From the NCBI GenBank assembly GCA_035402805.1, contig DAONDY010000001.1, positions 253,672 through 317,671 of the forward strand: a DNA stretch of 64,000 nt, given 5' to 3'. Positions 57,738-64,000 of the stretch are shown piece after piece. A program made the position numbers and the translations under genes. Position 1 is the stretch's first letter. Each line of letters starts with the position of its first letter. The notes below the pieces were generated by a model, which saw only the letters and a program-made list of their open reading frames with translations, did no database searches and was not told the origin of the DNA. Source of the DNA: Candidatus Woesebacteria bacterium. GTDB taxonomy: Bacteria > Patescibacteriota > Microgenomatia > UBA12405.

Positions 57738-58510
57738 TTAAAAAACATCGACATTTTTCCATCCTGCTTCTTACCCACAACGAAGAAAAAAATCTTCTCA
57801 AATACTGGACTTGGCTTGATAAGGCTAAAAGAATTAACGAAATTGTAGTTGTTGACGATAACTCCGACGATAAAACCATAGAAATATTAAAAAAACTCGG
57901 TTCAAAAAAAATTAAAGTTAAAGTCTTTAAAAGGGGATTAAATAATAATTTTTCCAATCAACGCAATTTTGGCATTACTAAAACAACTAATAATTGGGTT
58001 CTATGGCTTGACGCCGACGAAAAACCAAGTACAGATTTAATCCGATTCTTAAATCATATAGACAACCTCCAATATAAAAGCTATGCCTTTAAAAGGAATG
58101 ATATTTTTATTGGTCACGAACTAAAACATGGTGAAAATGCCCATCAACATTTCGTCAGATTTTTCAATAAAAAATATGGCCGCTTTACTGGTTTAGTTCA
58201 CGAAATATGGCAAACTCCCAAAGAAATTGAATTAAAAAAAATTCATATCCATCATTACCCACACCAATCGTTAAGAGGGTTTATTAAAAAAATAAACTTC
58301 TATTCCGATATTCGTGCTCAGGAATTATTTGACCAAAATCAAAAAAGCAATTTATTCCAAATAATTTTTTACCCATTTGGTAAATTCATTAATGATTATT
58401 TCTTTAAATTAGGGTTTTTAGATGGCACTCCTGGAATTATCATGGCTCTTGGTATGAGTTTTCATTCATTTTTAGTCCGATCTAAATTATGGCATTTGTC
58501 ACATCATTAA
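57734..58510 (+). CDS. glycosyltransferase family 2
   Basis: SILLLTHNEEKNL ... VVVDDNSDDKT ... LDADE (DxD) motifs. Confidence 0.7.
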   Translation: MIKKHRHFSILLLTHNEEKNLLKYWTWLDKAKRINEIVVVDDNSDDKTIEILKKLGSKKIKVKVFKRGLNNNFSNQRNFGITKTTNNWVLWLDADEKPSTDLIRFLNHIDNLQYKSYAFKRNDIFIGHELKHGENAHQHFVRFFNKKYGRFTGLVHEIWQTPKEIELKKIHIHHYPHQSLRGFIKKINFYSDIRAQELFDQNQKSNLFQIIFYPFGKFINDYFFKLGFLDGTPGIIMALGMSFHSFLVRSKLWHLSHH

Positions 58511-59565
58511 TTTATTTATCCACAATTGTTGTTTTCTTCTTCGGTCAATTGTTAAGAATCGAACTAAAAGGTATTTCTTTCCCCATAATTGATATTTTCA
58601 TTGCCATTATTTTTTGTTTAAACATCTTTCAAAAGATAAAAAATAAGGATATTAAGGTAAAAAATAAATACATATTATTTTTTTTGATCTTTACGTGGCT
58701 AAGCTTTTTCTTTAATTATTTTCGTTATCAATTCGATCTTATTAAACCAATTTTATATTTATTTCGTCTAACTTTTTTACTCTCATTCTTTATTTTTCCA
58801 CCAAGAATCAATGAAAAAATAAAAATGATTTTTTACTTAAGCATATTTAGCAACGTTATCTTTGGTCTGATTCAGTATTTTCTTTGGCCAGATTTCACTG
58901 TTTTCAAATCTTTAAATTGGGACCCTCATTTATACCGATTAATTAGTACTTTTTTTGACCCAACTTTCACCGCCTTAATTTATTTATTTCTAATTATTAT
59001 CGTTTTTTTAAATAAAAATTTTCCTTTTAGAAAAACTATTTTAGTTATTTCATATTTAGCTTTAGCTCTAACCTATAGCCGATCCAGTTATATCTGTTTT
59101 TTAGCCGCTTTTACTTTTATTGCTTATCAAAAAAAGAATTTAAAAATTTTTATTTTTAGTTCACTTTTAATTCTTTCTACTCTCTTTCTTTTACCCCGTT
59201 TTGAAGGTGAGGGGACTAAACTTGAAAGAACTTCCTCAATTGTCGCTAAGATTGAAAATTACAAAGAGGGATTTAACCTTTTTTTAAAATCACCCATAAT
59301 TGGACACGGTTACAATAATCTTTTTTATATTCGTCAAATTAAAAATCAAAACTCTCACGCCAATTCTGGTTTTGACGGATCACTGATGACAATTTTGACC
59401 ACCAGCGGACTCATCGGATTAGCTTTTTTTATTTTAGGATTTAAGACAATTTTTAACCAAGCTAATTTAACAACCAAAACTATTTTAATTTCAATATTTT
59501 TTCATTCCCTGTTTGCTAATTCTCTTTTATATCCTTGGATATTACTTTCCTTTATCTTTCTTTAA
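58489..59565 (+). CDS. O-antigen ligase/polymerase-like membrane protein (Wzy_C family)
   Basis: Polytopic protein with LTYSRSSYICFLAAF and IIGHGYNN loop motifs. Confidence 0.55.
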   Translation: MAFVTSLIYLSTIVVFFFGQLLRIELKGISFPIIDIFIAIIFCLNIFQKIKNKDIKVKNKYILFFLIFTWLSFFFNYFRYQFDLIKPILYLFRLTFLLSFFIFPPRINEKIKMIFYLSIFSNVIFGLIQYFLWPDFTVFKSLNWDPHLYRLISTFFDPTFTALIYLFLIIIVFLNKNFPFRKTILVISYLALALTYSRSSYICFLAAFTFIAYQKKNLKIFIFSSLLILSTLFLLPRFEGEGTKLERTSSIVAKIENYKEGFNLFLKSPIIGHGYNNLFYIRQIKNQNSHANSGFDGSLMTILTTSGLIGLAFFILGFKTIFNQANLTTKTILISIFFHSLFANSLLYPWILLSFIFL

Positions 59566-60278
59566 ATATCATAGGTAATAGTTATTTTCTTTTTAGTTTC
59601 ATTTAGAGCCTCATCCTTAACAATTATCTCAATATCGTTTTTGCCGGCATTTAGTTGCACTTTTAGTTTAAAATTCCCCTCATCATCAACTGTCGCCACT
59701 CTGCTGTTAATCAAAACACTAACTCCTTTTTCGCTTTTTCCTACAACATCAAAATCAGGGGATTCAACAGTTAAAGTTTCCTCAACCGGATTAGTCATGG
59801 TTAATTCAGGTGCTTTATTATCAAAAATTACAGTTATTTCTTTTGAAACTTCACTGCTTCCACTTTTATCTTTGATAGCCACAGCTGAAAAACTATTTTC
59901 TCCTTCAATTAATTCAATATTTTCAAATAAAAAATCTCCGTTTTCACTTACATCAATTCTGCCTACTGATTCGTCATTTTTAAGTAATTCAACCGAAGAT
60001 CCAGTTTCGGCAAATCCATTAATCTTAATTTTATTACTATTAGTTGCTTCAAAAGGAACCACTAATCTTGGTGCTAATGGAGGTAAAACATTTTCACTAA
60101 CTACTTCCTTTTTACTCTTAGTATTACCCAAAAAAATTGAAAAATTAATTAGAAAAGGCAATCCAAAAACAATAATCAAAATAAAAACCAATACTGTTAA
60201 AAACCCCAAAAAAACTGTTTTTTTAGTTATCTGTTCTTCTTTTTTTCTTTCTAATCTTGATCTTTTAAAATCAGTCAT
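59562..60278 (-). CDS. membrane-anchored protein with Ig-like (Big-type) beta-sandwich domains
   Basis: N-terminal TM helix and repeated beta-rich segments (NGFAETGSSVEL...GENSFSAVA). Preferred over the low-complexity antisense ORF 59641..60312. Confidence 0.35.
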   Translation of the reverse strand: MTDFKRSRLERKKEEQITKKTVFLGFLTVLVFILIIVFGLPFLINFSIFLGNTKSKKEVVSENVLPPLAPRLVVPFEATNSNKIKINGFAETGSSVELLKNDESVGRIDVSENGDFLFENIELIEGENSFSAVAIKDKSGSSEVSKEITVIFDNKAPELTMTNPVEETLTVESPDFDVVGKSEKGVSVLINSRVATVDDEGNFKLKVQLNAGKNDIEIIVKDEALNETKKKITITYDI

Positions 60279-60315
60279 AACTTATTTTAAGTATAACAAT
60301 ATTTATTTCTAATTG

Positions 60316-60388
60316 AGCCGAAGGGGAGAGTCGAACTCCCGACCCCAGCTTTACGAAAGCTATGCTCTACCAACTGAGCTACTTCGGC
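60316..60388 (-). tRNA. tRNA-Thr (anticodon CGU)
   Basis: Reverse complement GCCGAAG-TA-GCTCAGTTGGTAGAGC-A-TAGCT-TTCGTAA-AGCTG-GGGTC-GGGAG-TTCGACT-CTCCC-CTTCGGC-T folds as a cloverleaf. Confidence 0.85.
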
Positions 60389-60393
60389 ATCAG

Positions 60394-60464
60394 AGCGGCT
60401 AGAGGGAATCGAACTCTCGACCTATCCTTGGGAAGGATATATTTTACCACTAAACTATAGCCGC
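60394..60464 (-). tRNA. tRNA-Gly (anticodon CCC)
   Basis: Reverse complement GCGGCTA...TATCC-TTCCCAA-GGATA...GAGAG-TTCGATT-CCCTC-TAGCCGC-T. One A-C mismatch in the T-stem. Confidence 0.8.
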
Positions 60465-60484
60465 AACGGCTTATTTTATCACGT

Positions 60485-61075
60485 CTATAGCTTTGGAATA
60501 TTAAGCACCATTCCAATTTCCAACAAATTAGGACTATTAAGTTTTGCTTTATTTTCTTTATAGACATTAACCCACTTATAACCATCACCATAAGCCCTTA
60601 CCGAAATTTTCCATAAATTATCGCCTCTAACTACTTTGTATTCTCCAGCTTCAATTTTACTATTAGAATCATTTGCGGCTGCTACAATTTTAGTCTTAAC
60701 CTCTAGTGTTGGCATTTTTAATTTTTGGCCAACATATATAACAGAAACATTTTTTAAGTTATTTTCTTTAGCAATTTTTGTCCAGGCATAACCATCGTTA
60801 TATCTTTTTTCTGCAATTTTCCAAAGATTATCTCCTTTATCTACTACATAAACACCTTCATTTTCTTGTTTATCTCTTATTGCTTCATCAGATAAATTTA
60901 TATTAGTCGCACCTGGAATTTCCACTGTTCCCTTTTTCCTTTGGACAAAGTTAAAAATTAAAGAAACCACCACAATCACAATTGCCAAACCTAATAACAT
61001 ACTTACCAATTCTTCCGAAGATTTTATATATTTTTTACCTGCTTTAATTAAAAACATATTATTTATAAACAGCAA
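60485..61075 (-). CDS. LysM-domain peptidoglycan-binding protein (two LysM repeats, N-terminal TM)
   Basis: Two copies of Y.V..GDNLWKI......W..I...N.L....I..GQ.L LysM pattern. Confidence 0.75.
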   Translation of the reverse strand: MLFINNMFLIKAGKKYIKSSEELVSMLLGLAIVIVVVSLIFNFVQRKKGTVEIPGATNINLSDEAIRDKQENEGVYVVDKGDNLWKIAEKRYNDGYAWTKIAKENNLKNVSVIYVGQKLKMPTLEVKTKIVAAANDSNSKIEAGEYKVVRGDNLWKISVRAYGDGYKWVNVYKENKAKLNSPNLLEIGMVLNIPKL

Positions 61076-61137
61076 TTAATAATTTATGCTGACTTATAAT
61101 AATCTACAACTCAAATCAAAAATAGTCAATCTAGGTA

Positions 61138-61440
61138 TTATTTTCTCGATCTAATTTCCATATCATTAGAAATATTTTCCGCAAAATTTCCGACAAATTT
61201 ATCTATATTATTAGCAAAACTTCTAAGTAACTCAATATTCAACCTATAAATTCTTTGTTTTCCAAAAATACGATTTTCGATTAAGTTTGCTTTTCTTAAA
61301 ATCGCCAAATGACTTGATAAAGTTGCTTGAGTTATCTCAAAATTTTTTAATAATTCATTAACCGACATCTCTCCACTTTTTAATAGAGTTAAAATTTTTC
61401 TTCTATTAATATCAGCCATTGCTTTGAATATTTTATCCAT
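61138..61440 (-). CDS. ArsR/SmtB-family transcriptional regulator
   Basis: ADINRRKILTLLKSGEMSVNELLKNFEITQATLSSHLAILRKANLI wHTH signature. Confidence 0.85.
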   Translation of the reverse strand: MDKIFKAMADINRRKILTLLKSGEMSVNELLKNFEITQATLSSHLAILRKANLIENRIFGKQRIYRLNIELLRSFANNIDKFVGNFAENISNDMEIRSRK

Positions 61441-61524
61441 AGACGTATTATATCGATAAATATCAATATATTCAATTTTTTAATAACTTGATTATTCACG
61501 TCATTTTAGAGAAAATAAGCCAAT

Positions 61525-62136
61525 ATGAAAAACTTTGATGCTAAACAAGAACAAACACTCGTCATTATTAAACCAGATGGTGTTCAAAGAGGTTTAATTG
61601 GTGAAGTTATAAAAAGATATGAAACCTGTGGTCTTAAATTAGTTGCTCTTAAAATGCTTATTCCCAGTAAAGAAACTGTTTGTCAACATTATTCTATTGA
61701 TCCCGATTGGGCTATCAAAACTGGAACTAAAACCTTTGAGTCCTACGCTTCTAAAGGCTTACCAATGCCAGGAAAAAGTCCTGTGGAGTTTGCTGAAGGT
61801 GTCAGGAAAAATCTTATGGAATTTATGAGTAGTGGTCCAGTTGTCGCTATGGTTTGGCAAGGTATGGGTGCCGTCGCTGTTGTTCGTAAAATTACTGGTT
61901 CTACCGAACCATTAACTTCTGCACCAGGAACTATTCGTGGTGATTATACTATTGATTCTTACACTGCTTCCGATATCGACAAACGTGCCGTTCGAAACAT
62001 CATTCATTCTTCAGGTTCTATTGATGAAGCTTCAAAAGAAATTCCTATCTGGTTTGATAAAAAAGAAATTCTTCAATTCCGACTTGTTAGTGAAGAAATA
62101 ATTTATGATGTTAATCTTGACGGCATTTTAGAATAA
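61525..62136 (+). CDS. ndk: nucleoside diphosphate kinase with an internal ~35-40 aa insertion
   Basis: QTLVIIKPDGVQRGLIGEVIKRYE ... NIIHSSGS motifs. 203 aa vs about 140 typical. Confidence 0.85.
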   Translation: MKNFDAKQEQTLVIIKPDGVQRGLIGEVIKRYETCGLKLVALKMLIPSKETVCQHYSIDPDWAIKTGTKTFESYASKGLPMPGKSPVEFAEGVRKNLMEFMSSGPVVAMVWQGMGAVAVVRKITGSTEPLTSAPGTIRGDYTIDSYTASDIDKRAVRNIIHSSGSIDEASKEIPIWFDKKEILQFRLVSEEIIYDVNLDGILE

Positions 62137-62241
62137 ATTCAAAATCGAACAATTAAAGCTAATTTCTGTTATAATTGACTTACACTTATTCGGCCTCCGG
62201 AATAGTTTGCCTTTATTTTTTTACACTATTTTGCTCAATTT

Positions 62242-62757
62242 ATGACAGATATTAAGAAAGGATTTTCAATTGGTGATTACATTATTGATTTTGAAAATAT
62301 TTATCAAATCACTAGTCAAAAAAAAGGAGAGGATTGCTCTGGAAAAACTCTTTCTTATTTTTTTTATCAACCCATTGAAATTGACAGTCAAAACAATACC
62401 ACTTATTCAACTCCAATTGATAATATTTACAAAAGTGGTCTAAGACATCTAGTAACTCCTGTAATTGTTAAAAAGCTATATCAAGAGGCTAAAGAAAAAA
62501 TAAGTCATGAGGCTATTCTGGATTATAAATCTATTAAGGAAACTTTATATCAAAACGATCCTAGCAAAAGTTTAGTTATTTTAAAACAATTATTTTTAGA
62601 AAGGGACAAAAATGCCGAAGCCTTTTCTAGAACCAATAAAGAAATTTTGGAATCAATATTGCAACATCTATCTAATGAAATCGCCTTTGTTACCAATAAA
62701 TCGATTGAAAAAGTTTCTCAAAAACTCACTATCCTAATTAAACAAGCTATTAAATAG
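62242..62757 (+). CDS. hypothetical protein, possibly CarD/CdnL-like N-terminal domain
   Basis: FSIGDYIIDFENIYQI resembles the CarD RNAP-interacting domain (F..GD.VVH..HGVG.I). Weak evidence. Confidence 0.3.
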   Translation: MTDIKKGFSIGDYIIDFENIYQITSQKKGEDCSGKTLSYFFYQPIEIDSQNNTTYSTPIDNIYKSGLRHLVTPVIVKKLYQEAKEKISHEAILDYKSIKETLYQNDPSKSLVILKQLFLERDKNAEAFSRTNKEILESILQHLSNEIAFVTNKSIEKVSQKLTILIKQAIK

Positions 62758-63047
62758 TTTTTATTAAAAAATCCCCGAATGAGGAGTGCTCTAAGCGGAC
62801 AATGTGAAACGAAATTGGAACGTTTTTAAAATAAATAATAAATTTTTAATAAAAAAAAGCGCCTAAGGTATTGAATTGCAGAATAAAAAGTGGTTTTACA
62901 ACCAACAGTTTTTCTGTTTTTCACCATTAGACGCTTAATTCGACCTGAAGTCGATTGTGGAATTTTCCTCAATATTTGATATTAAGATCGCATTTTGATC
63001 CCCATACAAACACCGAGGCAACATCTTCCCGAAAGGAGACATAGTTA

Positions 63048-63305
63048 TCATTTTTTTCTATCAAACAAAAAGAAAGACAGGATTTCTACAATTATAAGCA
63101 AAATACATGACACGACTACGAACCAACCGGCTACCAAGCAAGACAATACAAGGATACAACCCAATAATGATACGTTGACCAAGAAAACGGCAGGGGTTTC
63201 GTTGCACTTCTTAACGAAAGTCACTGTTCGAACTATGCCAATGAACAGAGCGTAAACAATCAAAAGAAGTAATAGAACTAAACCTAAAATTGTTTGAATT
63301 TCCAT
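63048..63305 (-). CDS. small hydrophobic membrane protein in a GC-richer segment
   Basis: 85 aa with 2-3 TM helices. A very strong SD (AAGGAGAGAGG) lies 6 nt upstream, unlike most genes here. The opposite-strand ORF looks non-protein-like. Confidence 0.3.
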   Translation of the reverse strand: MEIQTILGLVLLLLLIVYALFIGIVRTVTFVKKCNETPAVFLVNVSLLGCILVLSCLVAGWFVVVSCILLIIVEILSFFLFDRKK

Positions 63306-63600
63306 AGTATGACCTCTCTCCTTTTTTTTACACGATTACTCGTGGCTAACCTAGTGGATAGCACTTTGGACACAAAATTTATGTCTAAGGTGCTACCCAC
63401 TATTCAGCAAAATTCAAATTCCACAATTTTAATGTACAAGTATAATTAAAAAACGGTTAATTATATTAATCCGCATCTTCAATTATCTGCTCATTATATC
63501 AAAAAATATCCCAAAAATCAATATTATAAGACTTATTTTACAGAAAATCACTAAAAACAAACCATTTATTTATAAGATAAAACAAAACTTTTAAGCACAA

Positions 63601-63627
63601 AAAAATCCCCTAAAGTAGGGGATTTTT
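63601..63627 (-). terminator. rho-independent terminator (perfect hairpin AAAAATCCCCTA-aag-TAGGGGATTTTT)
   Basis: 11-bp perfect stem flanked by A/T runs on both sides (bidirectional), immediately downstream of tRNA-Asp. Confidence 0.6.
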
Positions 63628-63634
63628 ATATTTG

Positions 63635-63708
63635 CGGACCGGATGGGATTCGAACCCACGATCTTCCGCGTGACAGGCGGATGTGCTAGACCGCTGCACC
63701 ACCAGTCC
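63635..63708 (-). tRNA. tRNA-Asp (anticodon GUC)
   Basis: Reverse complement GGACTGG-TG-GTGCAGCGGTCTAGCAC-A-TCCGC-CTGTCAC-GCGGA-AGATC-GTGGG-TTCGAAT-CCCAT-CCGGTCC-G. Confidence 0.85.
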
Positions 63709-63788
63709 ATATTCGGTCTAATTACCTTGATACTATACCAAAACTTGCCATAACAAACAACAAATCAGTTTTTGATTTAAAATAGTTT

Positions 63789-64000
63789 ATGGACAAAATT
63801 TACAGTAATGCTGAAATTGCTGAATTTTTGCAAAATATTGCCACTGCTTACGAAATTAAGAAAAAAAACATCTTCCGAACTTTATCTTACCAAAACGCCG
63901 CTGAAACCGTTGTCTCTTATCCTAAATCCCTTCAAGAACTCTGGAAAAAAGACCCTTGTGAATTAGATAATATTCCTAATATTGGACAAAATATTATGGA
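63789..64000 (+). CDS. DNA polymerase X-family protein (N-terminal 8-kDa/HhH domain), 3'-truncated at window edge
   Basis: MDKIYSNAEIAEFLQNIATAYEIKKKNIFRTLSYQNAAETV matches the PolX N-terminal pattern (N..IA..L..IA.L.E......F...AY..AA..I). The frame is open to the end of the window. Confidence 0.5.
   Translation, partial: MDKIYSNAEIAEFLQNIATAYEIKKKNIFRTLSYQNAAETVVSYPKSLQELWKKDPCELDNIPNIGQNIM

Noticed and set aside
59641-60312. 223-aa + strand ORF opposite the Ig-like membrane protein
   Set aside because: Ser/Thr/Leu-rich low-complexity translation with no start context. The minus-strand ORF has a TM anchor and domain-like sequence.
60379-60591. 70-aa minus-strand ORF overlapping tRNA-Thr and tRNA-Gly
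   Set aside because: Its sequence is the tRNA genes themselves. Spurious.
62995-63255. 86-aa + strand ORF in the GC-richer segment
   Set aside because: Polar, low-complexity, non-protein-like translation. The overlapping minus-strand ORF has TM helices and a strong SD.

Overview
The window is AT-rich (about 30% GC), densely packed and mostly on the + strand, with many overlapping or abutting start/stop codons and very short 5' leaders. Gene content (many glycosyltransferases, a four-helix-bundle protein, a DUF4012-like protein, a type-2 IleS, minimal division proteins) suggests an uncultivated Patescibacteria/CPR-type or similar small-genome bacterium. This taxonomic guess is inference only. 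Layout: (1) 1-4.6 kb: a 5'-truncated thiolase, a secreted SNase-like nuclease, an LtaS/sulfatase membrane protein and a four-helix-bundle protein. (2) 5.1-28.7 kb: a surface-glycan biosynthesis island with ugd, a GT39/83-like membrane GT, a Wzx flippase, galE, 13 GT1/GT2 transferases, a hexapeptide acetyltransferase, two Wzy/O-antigen-ligase-like proteins, manC-like, an initiating phosphoglycosyl transferase and a DUF4012-like protein; metK (minus strand) is embedded in it and carries a candidate SAM-riboswitch leader. (3) 28.7-31.3 kb: recO and glyQS. (4) 31.3-47.3 kb: a dcw cell-wall/division cluster (rsmH, ftsL-like, ftsI, murE, murC/mpl, murA, mraY, ftsW, murG, ftsQ-like, ftsA, ftsZ). It is interrupted by non-canonical inserts: an ATE/Fem-like GNAT-fold transferase, an NlpC/P60 peptidase, and at the usual ddl position a LysW-like zinc-ribbon gene (minus), a short ThrC-like PLP enzyme and a CPSase-type ATP-grasp ligase. 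(5) a GC-richer islet flanked by 13-bp direct repeats, then ileS, a second SEDS (rodA-like), rplU-rpmA, parB, lepB, a GIY-YIG gene abutting tRNA-Val, a large secreted lectin-lipase protein, more GT2/ligase genes, tRNA-Thr/Gly, LysM, ArsR, ndk, a second GC-richer segment, tRNA-Asp and a 3'-truncated PolX. No rRNA, CRISPR array, transposase or integrase was recognised. The most interesting signals are the remodelled dcw cluster (alternative PG-precursor chemistry?), the metK leader, a recurring AACTTGATAAACTT-type intergenic motif and two compositionally foreign islets.
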